Below, in pieces: positions 41,169 to 54,559 of a DNA stretch of 64,000 nucleotides (the first letter of the stretch is position 1; each line of letters begins with the position of its first letter). The translations under genes and the position numbers were made by a program. The stretch is from positions 65,844,001 to 65,908,000 of the forward strand of contig OX597818.1 of assembly GCA_951406725.2 (NCBI GenBank), written 5' to 3'. Under the pieces are notes generated by a model. It did no database searches. It was not told the origin of the DNA and was given only the letters and a program-made list of their open reading frames with translations. The stretch comes from Octopus vulgaris. Its lineage: Eukaryota.

Positions 41169-41305
41169 CTGATGGCGGTTCAAGCTGAAATATTTCAATA
41201 AGCAAGGAAAGATCAGCCACACGTTGAGGAGGTAGTCGTATATTTCTCTCTTTCTATGCAAATCTAATGCAAACATTGGCGTAATGGCTGCCATTCTGTT
41301 TTTAC
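41169..41305 (-). CDS. Candidate exon 3 of an unidentified spliced gene or pseudogene
   Basis: Acceptor tttcctgctgctcag, donor CAG/GTGACG, open in phase 1 matching the previous exon (GKNRMAAITPMF...LNRHQ). Confidence 0.35.
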
Positions 41306-42099
41306 CTGAGCAGCAGGAAAATATAGAGTTATGCTTGCATCTATGTGCAAAGTTCTCTGATTTGGAGGTCGAGGCAAATGTAATATCATAGGATATCGTT
41401 GTTTTGCCTGTCAGTAAACACTTGTAAGCACAAGTTGTGTCTCAAGTTCAAAATATATTAAGAGGTCAGTCAAATATTCCCATTCAAATCTGAGCAGTAT
41501 AAACTCTGTCTTAAAGATCCTCTACGGAAACTGGACATGATAAAGGGCAGACTGTGCGTTAAGCGTAGGATCAGTGTTGCTTATGGCGAGCCGTAAACTG
41601 GAGGTGGTCTGGTATGACATCAGATACGCCTTGCCTTAATCCAGTTATTTGCCTTTCATTCTCTTCGTGTGAAACTGACATTGCACTAGTTGGGCAATGC
41701 ATATGATGTCAACACCCTCTGTACAGAGAGGTCTATGTGTCTTCACTGATGATAGAGGGATTTGTCATAAGGCTGCGACATCTCTAATGTTTTGCTAGTC
41801 ATTTGACAAGGCTGTTTTTTTTTTGGCGTGGGGGCTGAAGGATTGGCCCAACATGTAAACCTCTAGCTTATAATAATTATGTCAAACACGCATTATTGTC
41901 TGTGTAGCACTGAACTCGGTGGAAGTTTACAATTATCACCCTATACTGTTATATTACTCGGTAAATGTGGCGGTGTTTTTTGCTGAATAAGCCTTGCTGA
42001 GATAGAAGCAACTGATTCTTTCCATGTCTTCTTCGAATTGCTGAAATCTAAAATATTAATTTTTAGGATTGCCATGAAGTGCTGCCGGATTTCGAGATC

Positions 42100-42660
42100 A
42101 GTCTTCTCTATCCGTGATCTGTATCGAAAGAAATTCTGCTACTTGGACGTGTCCATCGTATGCCCTGATCGTCAAATATGTTCTAGATTTGATAGGATAA
42201 CCGTAATGTAAGAGGTTTCTTGCTCTTACCCGTTTCTACTGTGGAAGTCGCTCAGCTCCGTTTGTCTCTCTCGTCAGTCAACCTCCAGACAAATATTTTA
42301 CTTAAATAATAAATACTTTAGGAGTGTGTCTTCCCTTCAAGCTATGTCCGATAGAACCTAAGGACATTCACGCTCACTTTACTTATTCTATGATAATTTG
42401 GAAGAGAACGAATATCTTACTCCTCCGAGGGATTGCTTACTGTTTCCCTGCAAGATCGACGTTGAAGTATTGTTCATAGAAGACGCCTAATTTTAGGGTC
42501 CTATTAATGTCGTCTGTATCTGATCGGATTTCTCACGTGCATTTACTGCATAGTTGGAATCTCGTCGAACTTCTACCGATAGTTTACAGTTAAATACATT
42601 CGTTATTGAGTCTGTTTCCGCCATATATTTTCGCGACACCTGTGAAATGACATTGTTACT
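42100..42660 (-). mobile_element. Very old RTE-like RT C-terminal relic
   Basis: Weak resemblance: SVEVRRDSNYAVNAREKSDQI..KIRRL..RET..VLSDIA*RED versus EIRRRI..A..AF.K / ETW / ILNISWRD. Confidence 0.35.
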
Positions 42661-42707
42661 AGAGGCAGAAATTGGTGTGTTCACCATTCAAGCCTCGATA
42701 ATATTAC

Positions 42708-43183
42708 CTGTCGGATTTGTGAAAGAGTTCGTCCTTACATTGTTGGTAAGACTACCGCTCTGTTTGTTCAAATTGGTAGCAGTGGTTGTTTTGTACACTA
42801 TTAACAGCATAAGTAGCTGCTCTAGCGGGGATGAGGAAAATGCTAACTTTTCTTCAATCTCTTCGTGTAGTTTCTGCCACTGCAAACTATTATAGCAATT
42901 ACGATAGTGGTAGCGGATGTAGTGGTAACTGTAGTACCCTTGATCTGGCAACTTTGTTATTATTATGACAGATGCTGGTCGTTTTGATGCGTTTATTTCG
43001 TGTGGCCACCGTTTATTTCGTGTGGCCACAAATAGTTGTGGAATTTGACGGCTTATTGATGTTCTATTTTTTTTTGTTTTTAGGTTGGGGCAGTTTGTAG
43101 CTTTTGTAGTTGTTGTACTCGTCGATGCTGTCGTTGTGGCACCTGTCAATCTCATCACGTTAATGGTAGAGAATTCTTTAAAC
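42708..43183 (-). CDS. Candidate exon 2 (Thr/Asn-rich, 476 nt)
   Basis: Acceptor tgtctctccctag, donor CAG/GTAATA, open frame equals ORF 42688-43197; contains a 20-nt tandem duplication. Confidence 0.4.
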
Positions 43184-43248
43184 CTAGGGAGAGACAATAA
43201 TCATTCATTGATCAAAGACTAAGGAGGATTGTCTGAGATGTATGTTAC

Positions 43249-43382
43249 CTTCGCTTTTCTAAATCAGCAACGAATTTACCTCCAGTTTGCTGGCTGGTAA
43301 ACTCATCTTCCTCTTTTGAATATATTGTTTCCGAAATAAAAAATGGATTTTTTAAATAAATTTGTTTATAAATTTGTTCCAT
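43249..43382 (-). CDS. Candidate first coding exon segment (MEQIYKQIYLKNPFF...DLEKR)
   Basis: ATG at 43382, donor AAG/GTAACA, 65-nt intron 43184-43248 joins in frame; acceptor-like sites upstream at about 43428 and 43533. Confidence 0.4.
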
Positions 43383-44395
43383 CCAAATAGTCGAAAAATA
43401 TGAACGACGCAGCGGACCAAGATTTTGCTTAAAGGAAGAAACCCCAAATTACTAACAAATATTAATAATAAACAAGTCTCTTGATAAGAGAAAACCAAAA
43501 AAAAAACACTACAGAGACTACTCGAGCCGGTGCTGTAAATACAAAATAGAAAGAATAAAATAATAAAAACACAATAACTAAAACAATAAACTTTTCTTTA
43601 TTTAATAACAATTCAATATCAGTTACTAAAAACATAAACAAAGAAAAAAAATAGTTTCTATCGTCATCGTTTTGTTTCTACGCAGCTGTTACTGTCTTTG
43701 TATAATTGTTGATGTCGTTGTTATTATTGATATAGTTGTATTTCATATCACAACGTTAATCCTTGAGGTTAATTCAATAGTCGGATACCAAATGATTTTC
43801 GCTAGATTATAGTTTTTCAACTCATTGGCTTGTTTGGTTTTTCTTCTTCTCTATATTATTTTCATAAGTTGGAAGTGCAGTTTATATCATTAATTTTTCA
43901 GCGTTTAGCTCTATTACATATAAGGAAATCCAAGAAGATGTATTAGCTTTTGCCTAAAGGGTATTTAATAAACAGCGTCATACACGACTTCTTTGTTACC
44001 AACTCATTAAGATAATAGGAGAATGGATACAAAAGAAGAAAAAAAAAATTACAGATTTTAAAATAAATATAAACGAGCAAAACGAAAAGAAAACAAACAC
44101 ATTTTCCAATATTTCATTAAAACATTTCCAGGAACAGGTGTTATATGATTACAGTGTTCTTGATTTTAGGTTAGGAAGCATTAATCATTGAGTTTGTAAT
44201 GAGTGGATGTGGAGAAAGTAGAGGATAGAGTCGGAGTGATGTGCGAGGGGAGGGGATGCGACGGAGGAGAGTATTAAGAGAAGGGGAGACGTAGCAGCAT
44301 GCGAAATAGGTACAGTCATTGCGTAAATCAGAAAGAGAGAGTGATATATCTAGCTGTATGTATGTATGTACGTATAAATACACGCACATACACAA

Positions 44396-44471
<76 letters not shown>

Positions 44472-44686
44472 ATATATAAATACATACATTTATATATACA
44501 TACATATATATATATATACATACATACATATATACATACATATGTAAATAAGTATATATACACACATACCTACACACGCGCACATATATATTGATATACG
44601 CACACATACACACACATATATACACATAGATATAGATATTTCTGCGCGTGTATATGTAAATACGTATACATGTATATATATATATG

Positions 44687-44739
<53 letters not shown>

Positions 44740-45249
44740 CTGTGTGTGTTTCTGTTTGTGAGCGTGTGCACGCAATGGAGTAGAGATACATTGATAGGTG
44801 GATAGACAGATAGACATATGGATGGATAAATAGGGAGCTACAGAGAGAGAAAGAGAGAGGCAGGCACACTGAGACAGAGACAGACAGACAGAGTTTTAAG
44901 TTATTTGTGTAACTGGGGTTGTGAGATACTGAGATAATGAGAATCTAAGATATTATTGAATGAGAAGTCTTAAATACTAAATGGGAGAGAAATATAATAA
45001 ATGGCAGCGAGTGGGAACAATGATTTGTATATGGAACGAAATACTTAACGAAAATTCAGCCTAGTTTGACTTTGTTGTCCATCGTTTTGGAGGGGATAAC
45101 AGGAGTACCACTGAAATGGTGGAGTCGATATCATTTGTGATAGGACTTACGCACTTCACCTTCTCCCACCAAACACTGTTGGACTTGTAACAAAATTCAA
45201 AACCAATATGAACCGAAACAGTGTGACACAAGAAAGAAAACATGGAAAC

Positions 45250-45423
45250 AAACGTGGCTATGTGGTAAGAACTTGCTTCCCAACCACATGATTCCGAGAT
45301 CATTTCCACTGCCCGGCAATTTAGGTAAGTGTTTTCTACTATAGACTTGGGCCGACACAAGACTCGTGAGTGGAAGTGGCAGACTGAAAGAAGCCCGTCA
45401 TGTATATATATATATATATATAT

Positions 45424-45479
<56 letters not shown>

Positions 45480-45640
45480 ATGTATCAGTGTTTGAGTGGG
45501 TGTCCCGCACACCAGCGGTTCAGCTAAAGATAATGATATAATAAGCACTAGACTTACGTAGAATAAGTCCTGTGGTCGATTTGTTGGACTGAAGCCGGTG
45601 CTCCAGCATGGCGGCAGGCAAATTACTAAAACAATTAAAG
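45250..45640 (+). mobile_element. Family-B SINE, diverged
   Basis: gtggctatgtggtaagaacttgcttcccaaccacatg head through ggtgctccagcatggc tail. Confidence 0.85.
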
Positions 45641-45957
45641 GAATGTAAACAATAACGAAAACGAGGAAACGTGTTCGCAGATGTCTGACTCGAAGAGCGT
45701 AAATATTTTTAGAAAGATTGTAGTAAGTGAAAAATAATATTTTTGCCGCAATAAATCAACATCAAAACAAAGATGTGTTACATTATTAAAATTAAGAAAG
45801 CAGAATCTGTCTTGGATTGCAAGAAAATAAATTTATTTAGAAATATCTGATTAAAAATTCAAAAGATATTAAATACAAATATAAAAGAAACAGACAAGGA
45901 ATTTTTAGTCGCAAATAAATAGTTAGAAACACTCGTTATATACATTAATAAATGATT

Positions 45958-46022
45958 AAGGCGGCGAGCTGGTAGAATCGTTATCACGCCGGGCGAAATG
46001 CTTAGCGGTATTTCGTCTGTAG
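45958..46022 (+). mobile_element. Isolated family-A SINE head
   Basis: ggcggcgagctggtagaatcgttatcacgccgggcgaaatgcttagcggtatttcgtctg. Confidence 0.8.
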
Positions 46023-46745
46023 CTATGTGCGATTTCTTATAAAGATTCTTCATATTTAGCTGGTAGCTTGCTGGCAATGTTTGTGAATATGAAAATATAA
46101 TTGTATATGGTGTGTTATGAGAATTTATGGAAATATATCCCATGGATCTCAACAATATGTTAAAAAGTGAGTGGAGATTTTAAAAATTTAAGAGAATTTC
46201 ATTTCATGCATACGATCGTTTCACACAGGGATATTAAAGCATGGAAATTCATGGTAGACTAATTAAATTAATTTGATTATATTAAATTAATTGCATATCA
46301 TTCTTCTCCTTGTCATTAGACTGCAGCGATGTCAGGATATCGCCTTAAATGATTTTAGTCGAAGGAATGTACAATGCTACATTAAGCCTAGTTCATATAG
46401 CATTTCGAGGAAAAAAGACCAAATACCGGGTGTCCAGTGGTGGTGGGGATAAATACAAGCACAGGGACAGTAACTAGCCCACACACATACGCGCACACAT
46501 AAATATATATACACACATATATAAACACATAAGCACACATAACTATGTGCATATATATATATATATATATATCAAATATAAATTAAAAACAGAACACAAA
46601 GGATATCACGCTACACGTGTTTCAAGCTTTATAAACACTCCGTTATTACATCAGTGTATTATTAATATAGTGCACCTCTGCCACTATCTGGCATATTCAG
46701 GTGCTTACACTTATAAAGCATCCACTCTAAATATACAGTACCTAC

Positions 46746-46807
<62 letters not shown>

Positions 46808-47739
46808 CACACACATTTTAATAATCCTTAATACGGTTGGTCTGTAGTGGATGTGAGTGTCTCTGATGATCGTGTGTGGGGTATGTATTTTCTCCCTTTT
46901 CTTTTTTTTAAATTACTATCCATTCGTCCTGGATATCTTCATTGTCTTGAGCCTCTCTTTTCGTTTCTTTGGTATTTTCTCTTGAGGTTTCCATTTTAAT
47001 AATCCTTAATACGGTGATCTGAATACAGATATAAAATTACTTAAACTTTCGATTGTGAAATTTACAACTGTTGTTGGACATATTGTACATGTTTTGACTG
47101 AGCTACGATAGTTAATTCACTAAAGCGCATGCGTTAACTGGAAGGTAAAATTTAAACAACAAAGTATCAAAATTCGCTCTTCCTTTCATTAAACACATTC
47201 TCTCTCTCTCTCTCTCTCCCGCTCTATCCCTGCCTATCGTTCTCCCTTTGTTACTCATACTCTTTGTCTTTCTGTCTTTTCCTTTCTCCTCTCCTTTCCT
47301 CATATCAGCCAAACTTACTTTACCACCACATTTCCCTCAACCGATCACTCTTTGCACCCTTCTCGTTTTACCTTATTATAGCCTAAACCCAGCAGTGTAC
47401 CCATTGTCGTATTTTATTGAAATCCATTTAGTCTATTATTGAACTGGATGATTGACTGGACATCAGTTCATACCATCTTTTGTCGCCTGGTCGCTACGCT
47501 TATAGTTATTCTACTTCCATCGTGACACTTTATATTTATATTTGTATGTACTTTTGCTGCCTTTGAATTGTAGGATTGCCTTTTACTTGTTATTGTTTAC
47601 GAACTGTTACTACATTTCTGTGTCCTGTCGACGCATTACCTGAATTTGGCCAGGGTTGTTTCTCTGCAATTCCCCCTATTTTAGGGGCAAATTTATTTCT
47701 CCTATTTTCGTGTATATTTCACAGCACAAACAATAGATA

Positions 47740-49100
47740 TGGAAATAAATCGAAAACAGCCACCAGCTGGGTAGCCAAAAAGAAGTCCTTAAAATTATTA
47801 TAACAAACTCTCTTACCTCCCAAACCTCGATAAAAGGGAGAAGCTAAACCCAACAGTTATGCATTCGGGAAAAACCACCAGCCAAAGCACTAAAAAATGA
47901 CAATAGAAATTTCGCTACTGTAACCAGCATTAACACGGAAAGTTCACATTCAACCTGAATGAATTAGAAACGTACAAAAATCTACTAGCGGTAGAAAGTA
48001 CCAACGTCAGAGGAATACCCACGGAGGAAATAATAATATCCATTCAAAAGAAAACCATTATACATAAGACGCCAACATTGAAAATAAGGAAAATAGAAAT
48101 GTCTTCGATAGAAATTTCTACTTCCAATTTGGCAAGATATCAAGTTTATAAAAAGAGGAAGACACTAAGTTGAAGCGAGGTTCGATTCCGAAGAGGTGGC
48201 CAAAAAGCAATCGACAACACCCCTAATGTCGGAAGCACTGGAATTACTGCCAACTTACATGGGAAAGTGAAGCTTGCGAATCGGGATGGGAGACGCCCAC
48301 CAGATATAGCCTTGGTGTGGCTGGTGGCAGTCATTTTGCTAAATATGGAGGATAGAATCACTATACTCCAAGCTGCCAAGCTGCAAAAACAGAACTGCTG
48401 GGGCCAGGGCCTGGAGCTTATCGTACAGGCCCCACAAGAAGACCTCGAAAACATAACCGATCAGGTAATACATCATGATGGAACAGCCCTGAGAAGATTG
48501 ATACAGGGGTGAAAATCCTGGTGCTACAGATGTAGGCAAAAGGATCACGTAAAATCCAAATGGCCAACAAGATCAATGACAATCAACTCAACCAATCAAC
48601 TCTACACGAAAATGGAAACATCAAGAGAAAGTACCAAATAAACCAAAAGAGACGCTCAGGAGAATGAAGATACCCAGGACAAATGGACAGTAATTAAAAA
48701 AAGGACGAGGGAACAGTACATTCCACCACACACAATCATCAGAGACAGCCACATCCACTACAAACCAGCCACAAACACCTGACACATTACCCAGAAAATC
48801 AGTTATTAATATCACAGCAATCAAGACAGACAACAACATTTCGGTCGAAATCATAAGAAACAACTCACACATTACACCTTATACACCCGCTACAAACAAA
48901 ATTTTGCCCGACAGCATTGCTTGCTTCAACAGAGATAGTATCATACACATAGATCTGAAAACTAAATATCCACATGACATGGGAACAGTACAAAAAAAAC
49001 ATTCTCTAGACATCTATATACTGGACTGAAGGGGAGTACCCGAAAAACCACTAAGGCAGATGAGGGAATGCCAACTCCCCTCTTCAAGAAATAAAAAGTA
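47740..49100 (+). mobile_element. Decayed gag-like ORF1 of a non-LTR retrotransposon (L1/Tx1-like), zinc-knuckle remnant
   Basis: ORF 48267-48512 continues past a stop into CYRCRQ-x-DHVKSKWP (CX2CX4HX4C remnant), then KWTVIKKR; A-rich coding-strand bias; no RT follows. Boundaries approximate. Confidence 0.6.
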
Positions 49101-49452
49101 AATAAAATCATTAGTCTCTCGTTCAAATTATGTTATATAAACGTACGCGGCCTGGGGTCGAACTGGAAGTGAAGCTGGAAGGTCGCATAGTGTGGATTGC
49201 TCCTGAAACCAGACTAAGTGGACTGCGGGCTTTTTCACCCCTCCTAAATGGCTACATGAAATGTATTTCTCCTAGCCGACTTGGAGGGGGAGGGGGAGGA
49301 GGAGATACAGTTCTACTCAAGAAAAATCCGTATGTATGTATGTATACATGTATGTATGTATGTATGTATGTATGTATGTATGTATGTATGTATACATGTA
49401 TGTATGTATACATGTATGTATGTATGTATGTATGTATGTATGTATGTATGTG

Positions 49453-49593
49453 GTGGCACATAATACGCTGCCGGTGTAAATAGCAATCTCATATTGTGCA
49501 TGATGTTGATGGAATTCTAGTTCCAAATTTAGCTTAATAGAACCATAATGCACATGCGAATAATGTGTGGATTCTTGGCACCCAGCATCTATA

Positions 49594-49649
<56 letters not shown>

Positions 49650-49745
49650 TAATATACGATAAAATGAGAGTTATGATATATATCTGTGTGTATATGTATT
49701 TATATATATATATATGTATGTGCATATATATCTATATATACATAC

Positions 49746-49783
<38 letters not shown>

Positions 49784-50149
49784 ATGCATGTATATTTATG
49801 TGGTGGCTGTGAGGTAAGAACATACATACATGCATACATATAAATATATATGTTCTTGTATTTCGGAATAAATATATGATAAATGTATTCATAAATACTT
49901 AAGCTGCGACTTCAAGGACTTCTCTTTCATTCTCATTGGGTCTCGTATTCACCATTAATTCCACAATTATTCTTGAACACATACATACCCATATTATGTA
50001 CATTTGTAAACAGTATATTCACTTCTAAATTAATATCAACATACACAAAAGTTCATATCTAAATCTGTTCAAAATTTATTCTTCTGGATTTCTTTTCTTC
50101 TTCCTTCCATGCATATATACATACATACATGCATACATACATATACATA

Positions 50150-50237
<88 letters not shown>

Positions 50238-50772
50238 TATTTATATATATATATATTCATCTAAATTATCTGTAGATTACTGTTGCAAGATTTAGCCCTG
50301 AAGCCTCAACAGTTTTGTGAAGTAATATATTTATTATTCACCAAAATACAAAATTTGATTTCAAATTTAATTTGTAATGCTTATCAGCTCAGCTTTAATT
50401 AAGTTAATGTAAAATTATATGATCAAACACACCACAAAGAAAGAAATATACGATACGAGATCACTAACTGAAATGAAATATGGTAGACAACACAGAGATT
50501 GAATTACTAATTCATATATACATAGACACACACACACATATATATATAGATGTGTGTGTGTATGTGTGTGTGCATATTAGCAAAGTAATACAAAACCTAA
50601 TCGGTATTTACGCTTTATATAAGTTACTTATTGGCACATAATACGCTGCCGGTGTAAATAGCAATCTCTTATTGTGCATGATGTTGATGGAATTCTAGTT
50701 CCAAATTTAGCTTAATAGAACCATAATGCACATGCGAATAATGTGTGGATTCTTGGCACCCAACATCTATAT
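49453..50772 (+). repeat. Direct repeat of about 140 bp (49453-49592 and 50633-50772), each running into (TA)n
   Basis: ggcacataatacgctgccgg...ttcttggcaccca(g/a)catctata is present twice, near identical. Confidence 0.9.
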
Positions 50773-50785
50773 CATATATATATAT

Positions 50786-50836
<51 letters not shown>

Positions 50837-50849
50837 ATCTACCCCTGTA

Positions 50850-51022
50850 ATCAAAAGAATGTTTCATTCTTATTCTGTCTATTTTCTTTTATTTTCCTTT
50901 CTGTTGAAGAGTTAGGCCCGAAACGTAAAAGACGTTTTCATTTTTACTGAGAGTCAAACTAATACACTTTCTTGTTGTTCGTGCACCTGACTTCGTCTTT
51001 AGTTTTTCTATAAATTTTAACT
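50850..51022 (+). mobile_element. Short element with a minimal hammerhead (CUGUUGA core), 8042 family
   Basis: cttt-CTGTTGA-a-gagttaggccc-GAAACGTA-aaag at 50897-50931; tail cacctgacttcgtcttt. Confidence 0.7.
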
Positions 51023-51274
51023 ATATATATGTACTCACACACACATAGAAAAACACACACTCACGCAGACGCCGCGACACACACTCACTCACACACACAC
51101 ATATATACATATCAATAATACAAAATCTCTAGGGATGTTTGTGCGTAACTGAAATATCCAGAAATAGTTTATTGTATCTTTTACATTTGGACCTATGTTT
51201 AAACGATTAAACGCAATTTTCTTTTGTTCTTTATTAACAAAAAATAACTTGGCTAACGTGACGTGAACACATAT

Positions 51275-52054
51275 GTGGAAGCACTCCGTCGGTTACGACG
51301 ACGAGAGTTCCGGTTGATCCGATCAACGGACCAGACTGCTCGTGAAATTAACGTGTATGTGGCTGAGCACTCCACAGACACGTGTACCCTTAACGCAGTT
51401 CTCGGGGATATTCAGCGTGACACAGAGAGGGACAAGGCCGGCCCTTTGAAATAGGTACAACAGAAACAGGAAGTTAGCGTGAGAGAAAGTTGTGGTGAAA
51501 GAGTACAGCAGGGATCACCACGATCCCCTGCCGGAGCCTCGTGGAGCCTCAGATGTTTTCGCTCAATAAACACTCACAATGCCCGGTCTGGGAATCGAAA
51601 CCGCGAGTCCGCTGCCCTAACAACTGGGCCATTGCGCCTCCACTGAAAACATATGGAATGGAATGGAATGGAAGCACTCCGTCGGTTACGACGACGAGGG
51701 TTCCGGTTGATCCGAATCAACGGAACAGCCTGCTCGTGAAATTAACGTGTAAGTGGCTGAGCACTCCACAGACACGTGTACCCATAACGTAGTTCTCGGG
51801 GATATTCAGCGTGACACAGAGAGTGACAAGGCCGGCCCCTTGAAATACAGGTACAACAGAAACAGGAAGTAAGAGTGAGAGAAAGTTGTGGTGAAAGAGT
51901 ACAGCAGGGATCACCACCAACCCCTGCCGGAGCCTCGTGGAGCTTTTAGGTGTTTTCGCTCAATAAACACTCACAACGCCCGGTCTGGGAATCGAAACCG
52001 CGATCCTATGACCCGGAGTCCGCTGCCCTAACCACTGGGCCATTGCGCCTCCAC
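51275..52054 (-). mobile_element. Two tandem family-C SINEs (51275-51643 and 51655-52054)
   Basis: Both have a tRNA-like head and the same body; the second has a (TTCCA)n tail; tgaa(c/a)acatat occurs three times. Confidence 0.92.
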
Positions 52055-53382
52055 TGAACACATATACACACATACAGAATACACACACTTATAATGAATG
52101 TTATACAGTGTCAATTAATACAAACACGTCCGCTATCTGTAAGAGTCTTTGGCTCTAAAGAAAAGAAACCAACATCGACTTTTGGCGTACACAATATTTT
52201 ATTCATTTTGAAATATCTATAAGTGAATGTGATTTCATCAACCGGAGCTCGTCAATTTCAGCAAAAGATTTTAGTTTTCATCTCTTTTATTTTTTCAATT
52301 GAAAAACAAGCGAAACTGAAAGATGTGTGCATGTGTGTATGAAATGGACGTGTGTGTGTGAAAGATAGATAGATAGAGAGAGAAGGGGAGAGAGAGAGAG
52401 AGAGAGAAAGGGGAGAGGGAAAAATTGGAGAGTGTGAGTGCAGGGGTGAGTTGTCGTGTATACGTACATATATCAATAAATATGTGTAAATCCTTTTTCT
52501 ATGAATGTGTGCATGTGTGTGTGAGTTGATGTGCGTGTTCTTCAGTATGTGTGTGTGGCACTCTCTCTCTCTTTCACACACATACATGTTCATACATCTT
52601 TCATTTTTACCTCTCTTTCACATTATAACAAAATTAACGAGTGAGATTCAGTATAACACTTATTTAAAAAAAAAAAGCTTTTACTCGTGTAAAATTTGGA
52701 CACAAAAGTTTTCAGAATTGCCGATATGGCCAAATGTATTTAGTACCAGTATTTAGCATTTCACTTAAGTTTAGATCTTATTAAGTTCTTAAATAAATTG
52801 AAGCCCTTATTTTTCTGTAAAACCTATACTAAAATCAAATAATTCAAATACCGGTACGAATGTTTACATTTTGTAGCTCTCTAAGGAAAAAAAAGAACGT
52901 CGAGTTTTTGACATACATACACACTGACATAGAAAATTATGATTTTGCAGAGATTACTTATCTTTTCATCATTACAGATTTCATTCTCATTCATTCATTT
53001 GGCATTTGTAATCTCGTTGTTGTTTTGATTTAATATTCTTTATACAACATTACATACGAAAATAGGCACTGATCAATTATGCCACATGGAAAGCGATGGG
53101 GATCTTCATGGTCAAGAGACAATGACAAAAGGCATCGGGAAGAAGCAATGATAAGGAGACAAAAGAAAACGCCAGAAACACTGCAAGAAAACAATCACAC
53201 AATAAGGAAGTGAGGAAGAAAGAAATCCAGATCTCGGCGATGTGAGACAAAGGGCAAATAGCTGAAGAATTGCCGAAACGCCTGGGATAAGGGCTGCATA
53301 ACTCTTAAATAACAGGTTGCACGATGAATGAAGGACAGAGGGAAAATGGAAGGAAATGAATCCACTCTTTTTCCTGATAAGT

Positions 53383-53421
<39 letters not shown>

Positions 53422-53422
53422 A

Positions 53423-53728
53423 TATAATCAAAAAAAAGCAACAAGAAAAACTTCGGTAATTTGGTACAATTGTTTCACGCTGCATCATTTTATTAAATGT
53501 TGTAAGTATTACAACAGTTTTAAAATGCTGAGCACTCATCCGTCATTAATAGAGGTTTTCCATTAATACATAATTTTCATATGTATTAATGGAAAACCTC
53601 TATTAATGATTGATGAGTGCTCAGCATTTTAAAATTGTTGTAATACATTCAACATTTAATAAAATGATGTAGCGTGAAACAATTGTACCAAATTACCGAA
53701 GTTTTTCTTGTTGCTTATTTTGATTATA
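53423..53728. repeat. Fold-back palindrome (arms about 150 bp, 7-nt loop) with a hammerhead-like motif in each arm
   Basis: 53423-53572 pairs with 53580-53728 with a few mismatches. Confidence 0.9.
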
Positions 53729-53899
53729 ATCACCCAATGGATTTATATGGATAACATCATACAAAATTCTGGTGCATCTAACTTAAGTACCATATTCATT
53801 TGAACCTAAATTTTGCTGAACTTATGTATAAGAATTATTTTGCGTTATAAGATAAAAAAAAACAAGGATGTGTAAATATTAGAGCATTTAAGGATAGAA

Positions 53900-53952
53900 G
53901 GTCTTACAGCTGTTTCTAGAATATTAATTAATAATATTCCTTCATCGGAGAG
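53900..53952 (-). ncRNA. Minimal hammerhead-like motif, CCGAUGA core
   Basis: tct-CCGATGA-a-ggaatatta/ttaat/taatattct-a-GAAAC-agct-GTA-aga. Confidence 0.65.
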
Positions 53953-54559
53953 GGTGTGAGAGGATAGTTAAGTCATTGTTAGTTTCGATGTGATACAAAA
54001 TAGAGGGTGAGGAGGAGGAAAGAAAATAGATTCAAGATATGTATGTGTATTGAAGTTGTAAATCCATCTTTTAGGCATAATGGTATATATACACTATTCC
54101 AATATCCTATGAGTAAAACCCAAAAGTCCAACAGAGTTTAAAATGAGTCCTTCCAAATATAGAGTTTATAAGCAATGTAAGATTCCCATATGAGTGAGAT
54201 CCAGCAGATTTTTAAACTTGGTCATTCCCAGTAGGGAATTTATATACAGTGTTGCAGAGTCAAAGGTTTGTATTTAAAGTGATCTAAATATAGGGAGTGT
54301 ATTAGTAAGGTCAAATCGAAAACAGGAATAGAGTAGTGAAGAAATAGAAAAAAAGAGAAGAGAAAAAGAGAAGAGAAAGAAAAAATGAAAGAGAAAGGAG
54401 AGAAGAAGAAGAAAGTAAGAAGAAGATTAGTTGAATAATAACAAAATAATAAGAAAATTAAAACCCTGAGGAGAGGGATAAAGAGATATTGGGTTTTTAT
54501 TTTTTATTATTTTGTTATTATTTTACTAATCTTCTTACTCCATCTATTTCAAATGCGAA

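Noticed and set aside
40570-41220. 216-aa ORF with an apparent transmembrane segment
   Set aside because: The hydrophobic stretch comes from the antisense of AAC-rich low-complexity DNA and the end from CA repeats.
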